The notes beneath the pieces are model-generated. The model worked only from the letters and a program-made list of their open reading frames with translations, did no database searches and was not told where the DNA came from. DNA of 64,000 bases, from contig JALAGF010003606.1 in assembly GCA_030167865.1 (NCBI GenBank), forward strand, positions 1 through 64,000, given 5' to 3'. How positions within the stretch are numbered: the stretch's first letter is position 1; each line of letters begins with the position of its first letter. Below are positions 1 through 10,930 of the stretch, one piece after another. Both the position numbers and the translations under genes were made by a program. This stretch comes from Craspedostauros australis (Eukaryota).

Positions 1-73
1 CAACAAGTCACACAAGAAGACGAAGAAACATCATCATCGCAAGCACAAACGATCATCCTCATCGTCCCGTCAC

Positions 74-1903
74 ATGGATGTCTCCGATGAAAGCAGAAGC
101 AACAGCAGAAGCAACAGCTCAGATGATGATGACAGCGATAATGACAGCGATGACAGCAGCCGAGACAGCAGTCACGATCGCAGAAAGCGAAGGAGGAAGC
201 ATCGTGACAAGAAATCATCCAAGAAATCAATCAAAAAGGCCTCAAAGAAGACTTCCAAGAAGGACAAGAAGGATCGCAAGTCAAAGAACAAATCAAAGAA
301 GAGAAAGAACACCACCACCACCGCCAGCAGAAGCAGGAGCAACAATAACAACAACAACCATGAATCTGATGATTCTGAAGGTGCAAAGCCCAACACCGCT
401 CCACCACCAAACGCCACCCTCCTCGCCAATGCACTCTTCCAACTGTTCACATCCAGACCTGAGTTTGCGGCTGATCTTCCCACCATCCTCATTCGATTGG
501 CAGGTGGATCCACCTTCGACTTGCGACAGGTCACGGATGATCTCATCTCGAGTGGACTGCAGCACATCTTCACATCGCTGTCGGAGTTTGGAGTGGAGAG
601 GAGTCCCGAATCTGGCATGTGGTTCTACAACGCTGCACCGGGTCGCAAGGATGATGAGAGATTCTTGTTGCGAGCTGTGAGGTCGTTGTTGGATCAGGCG
701 GGTCTGACGATGGAAGCTGTGCGCAAGCAGGATGTGAAAGAAGAGGAGTTGGCTGCCAAGATTCAAGAAGCAATGAAGCAACGGAATCAGCAACGGAACG
801 GCAAGAATGGGAATGATCACGATGACGACGACGAGGAAGACGATGATGGGCCTGATGCGAGTGCGAAGGCAGCCGCGAAAGCAAGACACCAGGCAGATGT
901 TGGGAAGGTGGAGAATCACGCATCGAGTCTTCTGAAGCGCTTCTTCAAACAAGGATCGACTTTGCATCAGGAGCTGCAGGTGTTGTGCAAAGATCTGATG
1001 GATGGTCAGAGCATCTCGTTGGAAGGATTGCCCGATGAAGATCTGAAGAAGGATCTGGATTCGTTGTTCCGTCTGTGCAAGCTGGAGGAATGTGAGATGG
1101 CAGATGATGATGATGACGATAAGGACGATAAGGACGATTCGGATAGTGACGGTGACAGTGCCGACTCTAAACCTGTCATTGGATACTGTCTGTCAGATGG
1201 CAACGTCCGTCCTGCCAAGGAGCTTCTCGCAGCTGTGATCAGCTTCTGCAACAAGGCCGTCTCGGCTGATGGCAAGCTGCAGATCAGATCCAGAGCCATG
1301 TTCCCATCGCGTCAGGGCATGGTGGAAGGCATCCAGAATGCCAACAGTGATGACGAAAGCGACGATGAAGGACCGGCGACCTTTGGTGCCGAACCACGAC
1401 GAGCACGCGGTCCAGCCTTGCCGAAGGAGGTGATCAAGATGCAGGCCGAGGCCCGTGCCGCCGAGATGCGGTCCGTCGTGACCGGCATCAAGATGGCACC
1501 GCAGGGTGGACGTGAGGAATGGATGCTGGAGCCTGGCAAGTTCGATCTGCTGAGCAACGTGAAGAAGAAGCAGATGAAGGGCAAGAGCAACTTTGACAAC
1601 TTGAAGAGTCATGATGATGAGGACGCTGTGCAGATCGACTCTCGAATCCAGCGTGAGATCGACAGTATCATGGATGCGCATGCGAACGCCCGCGGTCCCA
1701 GTCTGATGGATCATCATCGCTCGAAGCAGCACGAGGAGAAGATGGAGAAGGAGAAGGCTCGGAAGAATGGCAAGGGTTCGTGGAATTGGAATCGCAACAG
1801 CGATCTTGACAAGGGACGTCGTGTGGACAAGGATGCTTTGCAGATGATCATGGGTGGTGCTGGTGGCGATCTGAAGACCAAGTTCCAGGGTGGTCTTGGT
1901 TGA
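74..1903 (+). CDS. GPALPP motifs-containing protein / DUF3752 family, with Lys/Asp/Ser-rich low-complexity N-terminus
   Basis: Single 609-aa ORF. It contains GPALP, REEWML and SLMDHH..W.RNSDL..GR motifs and a C-terminal L.TKF.GG, the pattern I recognise for DUF3752/GPALPP1. Confidence 0.75.
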   Translation: MDVSDESRSNSRSNSSDDDDSDNDSDDSSRDSSHDRRKRRRKHRDKKSSKKSIKKASKKTSKKDKKDRKSKNKSKKRKNTTTTASRSRSNNNNNNHESDDSEGAKPNTAPPPNATLLANALFQLFTSRPEFAADLPTILIRLAGGSTFDLRQVTDDLISSGLQHIFTSLSEFGVERSPESGMWFYNAAPGRKDDERFLLRAVRSLLDQAGLTMEAVRKQDVKEEELAAKIQEAMKQRNQQRNGKNGNDHDDDDEEDDDGPDASAKAAAKARHQADVGKVENHASSLLKRFFKQGSTLHQELQVLCKDLMDGQSISLEGLPDEDLKKDLDSLFRLCKLEECEMADDDDDDKDDKDDSDSDGDSADSKPVIGYCLSDGNVRPAKELLAAVISFCNKAVSADGKLQIRSRAMFPSRQGMVEGIQNANSDDESDDEGPATFGAEPRRARGPALPKEVIKMQAEARAAEMRSVVTGIKMAPQGGREEWMLEPGKFDLLSNVKKKQMKGKSNFDNLKSHDDEDAVQIDSRIQREIDSIMDAHANARGPSLMDHHRSKQHEEKMEKEKARKNGKGSWNWNRNSDLDKGRRVDKDALQMIMGGAGGDLKTKFQGGLG

Positions 1904-2778
1904 TAATTGAGTGGAAAGTAGCAACCGTTTGATTAATCTCGCTTGTTGAGCGAATCTGCGGTCTTTGAGGTCGACAGGTAGTCTACGAGCTACAAGTGTC
2001 CCCAGCGACATTGATTTGGTCCGTTGAGTCTGTTGAATTCGGTTCGTAATTCTGAAGGTCTTTTGTGTTCGTGTCTTTTCCTCGTTGCGTGCTTGTGTGG
2101 TCACGGCCAGAACTGCGGCGACAGAGTTGACCATGGTGCTACTGGGTAGAAACGACGGTCCGCCAACCATCGGTGGAGGAAGATCCATCGCGCTGCTTGA
2201 TCGTTGAGAATTCGAATTGTTGTGGAGTATTATAATAGATTTACAATAGATTATGATTTGCTTCGTTTCCTGACACTTGATCTTGAGTGTGCGGTTGCTG
2301 CAACGGGTTGGCAGACGCACTTTTGACCACTTCATCCCAGCGGAATGATGATCCCGCACTCTCCACCATAGTCGCACCACCATCTGCCTGGCTGCAGGGT
2401 TGCAGTTCGCCGTGTGCGCTATGGATGGTAGCGGATAGTTTGGTCCATTTCACAAGCTAGTCGCATTGGGATCGTGATTTTGTCAATGTCTTCTTCATTC
2501 CGCGTCGTCTGATCTGTCCTTTTGATGCTCCCGCTCTGCCACGCCTGGGCCGCGTTCGGCAAGTCATTGGACGGCAGAATACGAGATGCATACAAGTGAG
2601 TTTGGTTTCATATTTCAGCTGCTTGCTCGGTATCCGATCCAACATGAAGGTCCATTCTGTGATGCACGATGTTTTTCTCTGTATTCGTGCGCACACGCAA
2701 CCACCACCACCGTATGATGACATCCTCCCCCTCAGTTGTGACAGAGCTCATTGTTCGCAACGTGGCAATTTCCCTGGT

Positions 2779-3557
2779 CTAATATATGCCATCCTGTACA
2801 CTCGGTGGCAGCTCAAGATTCGTTGCGTACCCTTGCAACACCGATGGCATCGTGCTCTGTGGTATGCCGTCGTAGTCGCCACCGTCATGTCGTCTCCTTG
2901 GCGACTCTGCTGCTGCTGATCCATCCACGGACCCGCTGTAGAACAAACCGGCGACCGATAGGAAGAAGGTAAAAATGAATGTCGCGCATGCACCGTACGC
3001 ATTCCGGGCGGCCATTGGTTTTTCATCATGTTTGATACCGCCGACGAACAATGGCTGATGCGTCAGCATGATTCCAACCCATCCCTGTTTCCGCGACGAA
3101 GCAAGAAATGAGAATGGATCATGCGGATGACATCGGGGCATGGAATGATGATCGGGCGAGAGTTGTTCGTGGCAGTTTCGCATCGCATCCCAGGAGTGCG
3201 CCAATGATATGTCGAGTGCAGCATTGGTACAGTATTCGTAGATTTGTGGAAGTAGCAGAGGCAGTGTGAGATGCGATGTTGCCGTACCGCACAAGTAGCA
3301 ACCTATCTGCCATCACGTATGGCTTGATACCGCACATACCATCACTTCGCGCAAATGGACGCACAGGGTGAGGGAATTCTGCACCACCATGAATGCTCGG
3401 ACGTGGCCAGACTGCAGACGAAGCAACAGGAGGAGCATCGCCATTCTCATTGTCATCATATCTCAGTCTCCATTTCGGCACGACTCACCATGAAGATGGC
3501 TCCCACTATTGAGTACAGCAGACAGAAGTTGGACAATGATCTCACGTCAGAACACAT
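2779..3557 (-). CDS. Small two-TM protein of the ribonuclease kappa / V-ATPase subunit f family (2 exons)
   Basis: Exon 1 is 3557-3489 (MCSDVRSLSNFCLLYSIVGAIFM), with donor GTGAGT at 3488 and acceptor AAACAG at 3085. Exon 2 is 3084-2779 (GWVGIMLTHQPLFVGG...AARNAYGACATFIFTFFLSVAGLFY...). The splice is phase 0 and gives 124 aa with two hydrophobic helices and the C..S..G..M / A.N...A layout of RNASEK-like proteins. Confidence 0.7.
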
Positions 3558-4338
3558 AGTGATGTCTTGTGGCTTGTTTCCTTTGCTTTGCTCTGTTTTG
3601 CTCTGCTCTGTTTCACGTCCTCTTCTTGTCCCTCTCTTGCTCTTTCGCTTCTGTCTGCCTGCGTCTCGTCTCTTCACTGCCGATTCTCTTGCCGCTTCCT
3701 ATTGCTGCTTCGTGTTGCTGTCGCAATTGGTGATGAGTGGAGAACAATGAAGAGGACACAGGAGAGGAGAGACCTGTTGTTGGTGGTGGTGATGCTGGTT
3801 CGTTGATTCTTGTTTGGGTCTCTCTGTGGACTTTTCGCGTCAATTTTGTTCGTGAAGTCTTGTTGCGTTTTGATGGTGGTGGGAATGAGATGGGATGACG
3901 ACGATGGGCGGCGGCACAGAACAACGACGATGACCCTGTTGGAGTCTTGGTAGCGCACTTCAGTCACGATGCTTGCGAAATGAGAAAGAGACTAAGTAAT
4001 CTCTTTAAGAATGGTGGTGAGAATAGAGAAGATCAGTGTTGGTGGAGCGCAGCAGTCGCCTTTGCTGTTCTCCTGAGGATGTCACGACAGCACCGTCGGC
4101 GGCATCCGCAGCATCGCTATACTACGAGTAAGGGTGCACTTGTCGAGTACATTCTCCAGAGAGTATTCAAGCTGCATTTGTCTGGAGGGAGGAAAGGTTG
4201 AACAGCATCGATCGTGCAGCGTCAAGTCTTACTGGTCCTGCTCTTACTCGTATTCGAACTCATACTCGTATTCATGGGGTAAAGGATGCTCTAGAGAGAG
4301 AGGGTATTCCAAGAATGCACATTTCGTTTCGTCGCCGT

Positions 4339-5425
4339 TTAGGAATCGGCGTCATCAGCGAGAGCGTTGAGGTGGAGCTCGATGTCTTCTTCCGACAGAA
4401 CGCTGAATTTGCCCTTCTTGCCGACGACGGTGCCAACCTCGATCTCATTGCCCTTGAAGTCGCTGCCCAGCACGTGCCCCAAGCAAGCGATGGCCGTTCG
4501 GATGACCTTGTCGTTGTCGTACTCCTTCATTTCTGCCGCCCGTCTTTCCAAATAGTTCATGGCCTCCTGCTCCTTGGGTCCGGATGCGGCTGCAAAGTAC
4601 GGGAGGTAATGCCCAGCGCAATCCACCTTGAACACCTGCGGGCCCGCCTCGTCATCCACTCCGACGAACAGACCGATGCATGCCAGCGGGCGCATGGAGG
4701 CTGCCTGCGTGTTTACCTGCGCCAAATCGGCCATGCGGCGGGCCAGCACGCCGACGGGCACTTGGTATCCGTAATCGAACTTGAACTGACCAGCCTCGTA
4801 CCGTGCTCGTTCGATCATCGATCTGGAATCGGCCATGGCGCCGGTGACGCAGCAGCCAATCTGCTGCGTTAGCGAGAAGAGGTGAGTGACGCTGGATGGG
4901 TCCATCAGCCGGTCCGGTACCTTCTTCTGTGTGACGACGCAGCACGAGTCCTTGCCGCGAACGGCGACTCCGGTCAGTCCAGAGTTGGCGCTCTTGAAGC
5001 AGTATTCCATCTGGTACAGCCGACCTTGCGGCGAGAAGATGGAGATGTGGTGATCATAGTTGCTGCGTTTAGGTATGTGGTGCGGAGGGTGGCAGGATGA
5101 GAGTTGTTGGAGAGCAGAACGGATTCGACAACAGAAAAGTATTGTGTAGCGCAGTTGCAACAAGAGGTTGAGAATGATGTACGAATCGCAAAGGAGCGTC
5201 GGAACGTTGGAACGGTGCTGCTCGTTGCTGTTTCTTGCTTTATTCAAGAAGTGTCGGAGTGAAACTGCTCGAATTGTTCCGTCTGCAGCCGAGACTTCAC
5301 CTGTCTGGAAAGCACCATGTCCCGTCCGACCAAGCGGTACGCAAGCAGAGTATTGGAAGAGACACTGAGACACTCCCCAGAGAGGTCGAAGCAACGCGCC
5401 CACCAACTTACGAATCTCGGCTCAT
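4339..5425 (-). CDS. PSMA6: 20S proteasome subunit alpha-1 (alpha type-6), 2 exons
   Basis: A 14-nt first exon at 5425-5412 (ATG AGC CGA GAT TC), donor GTAAGT at 5411, acceptor CGCAG at 5063. The spliced N-terminus is MSRDSNYDHHISIFSPQGRLYQMEY (alpha-subunit signature), followed by TQKKVPDRL, QVNTQ.ASMRPL and IEVG. Confidence 0.95.
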
Positions 5426-6176
5426 CTTGATATCTGCTTGTCTGTGTCTACGTGGATGTGGATGTGGATGTGGATGGTTGTGAAATCGGTTGCTCCTCTT
5501 GTTGTTCTTCCCTCGAGCCTCTCTTGATGTGCACTGCTTTGCTGCGACGATGTTTTGGATTGGCGACGTTCCCAATGTTCAGGATACGGGTGCTTGTTTC
5601 CTGTTGTTGTTGCTGTTGGTGTGCCTCGTGCTTGGTTGGAGTTTGTTGTGGTGACTGTGCCATGGCCGAAGAAGCTGATCGTTTTTCACTGCGGTTCTGT
5701 GGAGATCTTTTTTCTGGAACTCGATTTGAGTCGGTTGAATCATTTTTTTTGTATAATCATGGAATACCTTGTATTCCACCAACAACTCCCAATGAAGTGT
5801 TCGCAAAAACGAAAATGCGAACACATGAAGAAATGTAAAACGAGCATTTCGCACTCTTGACGTGGCAAATCTCGTGGTGACAACCATCAGCAGGGACGGG
5901 TCAGTATCGTTCTCCTCTCACTCACTCACTCATTCATCTGTATGCGCACTCATCGAACCAATCGACGAACATCGTCACATACCACAGGAGTACCATACAG
6001 AGAGAGGCTGGCAATAGGCAATCGTGCCAAAGGATGCATCGAGTTCATCAACAAAAGCAGCAGCAACAGCAACAATCACACAATTTAGCGTCATCAGCAT
6101 TGCCATCACAATCACATCATTGTCACGAGGACACACCAAGCACACCGTCATATCGTAACCAATTCATCACACATCA

Positions 6177-6959
6177 ATGACAATGATCCTCAACAAGATC
6201 TTCCTCTCCGCGGTGTCTCTGGCCACGATCACGAGCGCATCAGCGTTTGTGCCTCTCCCATCGTCAGCAACAAGTGCAACTGCCATCACGACTAACTTCA
6301 ACAGCAAACAATCGCAACACACATCACTGTCGGCAAGCAAAACTGACAGAGAACCGTGGAATTTCTTCCGATTCATGGAGCAGTCGTCCAAGTTCATCAG
6401 CATCCTTCCGCAACGCCCCGTCTCGCGATCCGTCGGTCCGGGTGCGACATTGTGGGACGATGCGGGACAGCAGGCATTCTCGTTCGCACCACTCGACGAT
6501 GTCGTCATGGGCGGAGCCTCGTCCTCCACGTTCGACAACGGCCGATGGGCCGGCACCGTCACCACCGCCAACAACGGTGGATTCGTCGGCATCCGTTCCA
6601 CTCCATCCCTCGACTTCGACGTCACGCGTTGCAAGGGCCTCAAAATCACGATTCAAGGCGACAGCAACGACCGCCGCTTGAAGCTCGGTCTGCGTGATAC
6701 GCGCGATTTCAACGGTATCGTATGGAACCAGAGCTTCGACGTGCCAGGCAACAACACACAAACCGTCGTGGACCTGCCCTTCTCCAAGTTGGTCCCCACC
6801 AAGTTTGCGGGCATTGTGGGATCTGCTGGGACATTCCAGACTTCCAACTTGATGGGTGTCCAGTTCGTGCATTCCAAGTTCGAGTACGACGGTGATCTCA
6901 ATCCAAAGTTCCATGCTGGTGACATGGATTTGAAGATCCAGAAGATTGAGACGTACTAG
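6177..6959 (+). CDS. CIA30/NDUFAF1-like domain protein with bipartite plastid presequence
   Basis: Motifs DDVVMGG.SSS, G.V...NNGGF.G.R and SKFEYDG.LNP.F..G. The N-terminus is a signal peptide followed by ASAFVP (ASAFAP-type motif). Confidence 0.85.
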   Translation: MTMILNKIFLSAVSLATITSASAFVPLPSSATSATAITTNFNSKQSQHTSLSASKTDREPWNFFRFMEQSSKFISILPQRPVSRSVGPGATLWDDAGQQAFSFAPLDDVVMGGASSSTFDNGRWAGTVTTANNGGFVGIRSTPSLDFDVTRCKGLKITIQGDSNDRRLKLGLRDTRDFNGIVWNQSFDVPGNNTQTVVDLPFSKLVPTKFAGIVGSAGTFQTSNLMGVQFVHSKFEYDGDLNPKFHAGDMDLKIQKIETY

Positions 6960-7339
6960 TGAGAGAGCGAGAGCAACAAACCCTTCCATGGCATGCTTTG
7001 TATTGGATAATTTAGGATAGACAAAATGGTTACTCCACGAAATACGACCATTGAGCGTACTCGAGCACAGGATTACTACGTTCCGCAACTGCCATGCTCT
7101 AGTCGAACTGAGTTCAAGATGCCATGATCGGTGGCCGACCGTGTTAGTTCTACGATCCCAGCAGCAGCATGTCTCCGCCATGCTATGCGCAGTACGTACA
7201 TCTGATAGAGGAGTAAAGATTCCATTCAACCATCGCGAGCGGCCGACACAACATGGTTGATATAATGGCTCGCTTCCTCCGTTGCTTCAGCGGATCTTCG
7301 CTATGACGAAGGAATGTGGATGCTGCAATCTGCATTCAT

Positions 7340-8663
7340 TTATTTCGCCTCCTCTTCACCATCCTCCAATACGCCACATGTCTTGATGGTGACGCGTCGA
7401 GAAGGCGTGCCGGATCGGTTGCCGAAGGATTCGATTCGTTTGACGACATCCCAGCCGCTCGTCACAACACCAAAGACCACGTGGCGTCCATCGAGATGAG
7501 GCGTGCGTGCTGTCGTGATGAAGAATTGACTGCCGTTTGTGTTGCGCCCTGCATTGGCCATGCTCAACAATCCCGGTCCTGTGTGGCGGAGCTGAAAGTT
7601 CTCATCCTCGAACTTGTTACCGTAGACCGAAATCCCGCCCGTACCGTTGAAGTTTGTGAAGTCTCCGCCCTTTGCGCGTGAAATAATGATGATTGAGAGA
7701 CGCAACGATAGATGGCAAGATGCAGAGAGAACGGAATCGGGAGCGAGAGTGAGAGAATTCCGAGGACATGTATTGTTAGTTGATAGCCACTGCCTTGTGA
7801 AGCCGAGATTCACAATTTGTCACCCCCGCTGCGATTTGCGAATATCAGTAAACAGTACGTTCTACTGTATCCGTCGAACAATTCCCATGCTATTTGACTC
7901 ACCTGAATCATGAAGCCCGGAATGATGCGATGGAAGATGGTGCCTTCATATGCCAGCTTCGCACCACCCGGATGCACGGTGTCTCCGGCACAAAGGGTTT
8001 GGAAGTTGTGCACTGTTCGTGGGACCACGTTGCCGTGGAGTCCCATCACGATGCGTCCTGCTGGATGGTTGTCGATTTCCACATCGAAGAAGACTCGTTT
8101 CGTGATTTCGGCCTGTGGTGCGGCTGCGAGTTGACGAACGATGAGACATGGATGGAATGTGCAGAGAAAAGACTTGCGTGTGTGAGTACTCTAGTATGTG
8201 CGAGTGAATGTGTTGGAATGTGTTTGAATCTGGTGGAATGTGCTTCCTGCACTCGTACTCGTAGGTTGTTGGATGGAATGCACTGCCTCTTCCGATGATC
8301 CCATTCAAATAAGTGTAGTCGTAGTGCGATAGGCCATGTATGTATGCAAGCCTTCGGTATGGCATCATGAAACGCACCTGGACCATCGTTCGCAGCCAAG
8401 TCATCCTCGTCACCCTTCATGGAAAAGTCGATGGCCTTGTTGACCCCGATGTAGGTTGCCACGAGTGCAACCACCGTTCCAGCCTGCCACACCCACTGGG
8501 GCGTGGAAGACGACGGAGGAGGCGGCGGCGGCGGTGATGGCGGCTTTGATTCGGCTGCTGCCTCCTTGGAGAAGTTGCGGATCGTCACACGTCGAGTGGC
8601 GGATCGCTGCGCGAACCTGCGCGCCGTGAAGGATGTCGTTCGAATTGCAGTGCAGGACAGCAT
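7340..8663 (-). CDS. Cyclophilin-type peptidyl-prolyl isomerase with mitochondrial-like presequence and one TM helix (3 exons)
   Basis: Exons 8663-8378, 8123-7903 and 7669-7340, with donors GTGCGT and GTGAGT and AG acceptors in frame. Motifs [38 protein letters not shown] and LDGRHVVFG. Confidence 0.93.
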
Positions 8664-9101
8664 CTTTGCGTCTTGTGAATGGAATGGAATTCGATGCGAT
8701 GCTTGTCAGCCTTGAGTGCCTGGTTGTCGGCCTTCTCCTTTCCACCTTTGTTGTGCCTGTACGCATTGGAACCACGAGAGATGGGTTCTGTGGTGGGGGT
8801 GGGTCTCGTTCCTTGTTTGTTGGCGTGGTGGCGCATCACAACACAACACAACACTGCGCGCCAAGGCGCATCTCGCTCGCTGAATGAAGATCCAACAAGA
8901 GTGTCCCGAATCAAAAGATCCAAGACCACAAATCATTCCGCAAGGTCTCTCTGGCTTCAGCCACATGGACAGACACACAACTTGGCCACAAACAACTCCG
9001 CTTCATCGCACTGCTCCATTCTACTCTACTCTACTGTGCTCTGTTCTGCTCTACCCCATGCTATAATACATTCTAATCGCTGGTCGAATCTGCCCCCCGT
9101 T

Positions 9102-10388
9102 TCAATCCAACCACTCGATCGTCTTCTTGGAGAGGTTGTACTTCTTGATATCGCCATCATCGTATGTCACCGTATGTTTCCCGGTTTCTGGATGGTACTG
9201 CGACACGACACCTGCGTAAAACTTTCCTTTGGCCCAACGCACGCGCAATCGTTTGCCGATGAGCTCGCTGTTGGCCTTAGTCTCGTTGTCTTGGCGTGTC
9301 GTTGCATGCGTTGTCATGACTTCTTTCAATGCATCGGTTTGATCTTGGATGGTGTCTTCCATGTTATGTCGCACGTACAGCAACAGTGTGGCGCAAAAGT
9401 AATGTCCCTCGTCGTTCGTTACTCCGCCAAGTTGACCCAACGCTTCATCTTGCGATAATCGGGTGCATGTTTCGTCATTCAAGGCATGCCACGTATCGTC
9501 GTTGTCGCCATTTCCGCCAGTTGTTCGGCCCGCCGTTTCCTTCACCAACGCGATGTAATGACCCTCCTCCGCGATGGAGTCTTCCGCAACATGCACAATA
9601 CCCGCCTGAAGCGTGTAGGAAGAGTCGTTGACCATGGTGATTTCCGTATCGATCTGTATGAATTCTGTGTTCGCTACGTGACACCGCTCACCGTCACGAT
9701 ACGTGAATCGCTCCAAATGCAGAAAGAAGTACGGCGGCACGGTCTTCACAACAACGCTGCGCGTCGTGGTCCATTCGCCTTCAACAGCATCGTCTTGTGC
9801 CTCGACAGGCCACTTGTAATTGTGCACGACCTGCTCGGTCTGTCGCAAGCTTTGCGCAATCGAAGATGCATCCGTAAAGCGCAACACGTACGGCACGGCG
9901 CTTGGTTTGAATTTGCCGACCTTTTGATGCGTCGTTGCGCCTCGTCGTCCCGTGATGGTTTGCTGTTGCGATCCGGAAAAGAAGAGCGACGTCATCCAGT
10001 CCTGCAATGGAGATGCGTTGCAGAGTTCCAGGACTTTCGTCAAGACCGTGGAAGCATCGTCGACGTTGCGATAATCCAGATTGTCGGCCAGTCCGCAGAT
10101 GCATTCGAAGGTTTGCGTCGGATCGATGGCATCGTCGCTGTCCGTTGTTGTTGCTGTCGACAGCAACTGATGGAAGAGCTTGCCGATGGATGCGACGGCA
10201 TCCAGTGACGATGAGGATGAGAGCGATGATGACGGCTGTTGTTGTTGCTGCTGCTGCTGCTGCTGCAAGGACAGAAGGTACTGATGGATCAGGACATCGC
10301 GGAATGGAACGACCACGTGACACAGGATCTGCAAGACGCAGGAGAGATGGCACGATGTGCCTCCCACGTTCACGATTCCTCTCTTCAT
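9102..10388 (-). CDS. Ubiquitin-specific protease (peptidase C19)-like protein with C-terminal Tudor-like domain
   Basis: Likely start MKRG at 10388. Cys box GIVNVGGTSCHLSCVLQIL, then PPYFFLHLERF, His box GIVH...EGHYIA and W..LNDE. The C-terminus IGKRLRVRW..GKFYAGVV..Y......HTVTYDDGD is Tudor-like. Confidence 0.8.
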   Translation of the reverse strand: MKRGIVNVGGTSCHLSCVLQILCHVVVPFRDVLIHQYLLSLQQQQQQQQQQPSSSLSSSSSLDAVASIGKLFHQLLSTATTTDSDDAIDPTQTFECICGLADNLDYRNVDDASTVLTKVLELCNASPLQDWMTSLFFSGSQQQTITGRRGATTHQKVGKFKPSAVPYVLRFTDASSIAQSLRQTEQVVHNYKWPVEAQDDAVEGEWTTTRSVVVKTVPPYFFLHLERFTYRDGERCHVANTEFIQIDTEITMVNDSSYTLQAGIVHVAEDSIAEEGHYIALVKETAGRTTGGNGDNDDTWHALNDETCTRLSQDEALGQLGGVTNDEGHYFCATLLLYVRHNMEDTIQDQTDALKEVMTTHATTRQDNETKANSELIGKRLRVRWAKGKFYAGVVSQYHPETGKHTVTYDDGDIKKYNLSKKTIEWLD

Positions 10389-10811
10389 TGTTGTTTGGGT
10401 GTGGGTCCGTGCGGGTGAGTATTGGTATTGTGAGAGTGGTTGTTGGTGTTGTGGAAGATCATGGAATGAGGGATGGGCAGAACGACGATTCGTTTCTTGG
10501 TTCGCGATTGAATGAGTCTGTTGAGTCGAATCCCACAAAGTACACACTTAGATTCAATAATTCTGACTTGTCAAGAAGGAAAACATGAGACGAAAAGCCG
10601 AGCGCCGATGCTGACGATGGTTGTTGAGAAATCCTTCCTCTTTGCTTGTTCCGCGGTTTGCTCCGATGCGTTGTTTGACATCACCAACATGGCAATGGGC
10701 AGACATTCAACCACCAACGAGGCTGCAACGAGGCTGCAACGAGGCTCCAACGAGGAGGTAGAGTGTACAACCAACTCCGTTCTCCACCAGTGTCCACTTT
10801 GGAAGCTCCCA

Positions 10812-10864
10812 ATCATCATCATCATCATCATCATCATCATTGACAACGACGACGACGACGACGA
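10812..10864. repeat. (ATC)n / (GAC)n trinucleotide microsatellites in the divergent intergenic region
   Basis: Read directly from the sequence. Confidence 0.85.
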
Positions 10865-10930
10865 GGGCAACACCAAACCCTTGCAGAAGAACTGTTCAGA
10901 AGATTTCTTGGAATCCTCTCACCAACATCA

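Noticed and set aside
1193..2383. 396-aa minus-strand ORF overlapping the DUF3752 gene
   Set aside because: Antisense shadow of a codon-biased gene, with no recognisable domain.
1904..2778. 875-nt gap between convergent genes as a possible extra gene or ncRNA
   Set aside because: Only short ORFs without motifs or consistent splice signals, and no RNA family recognised. Treated as 3' UTRs.
5063..5411. 349-nt PSMA6 intron as a possible snoRNA host; it is also stop-free in frame with exon 2
   Set aside because: No convincing C/D or H/ACA boxes with terminal stems seen. The 355-aa ORF is intron read-through, and the true start is the 14-nt exon at 5425.
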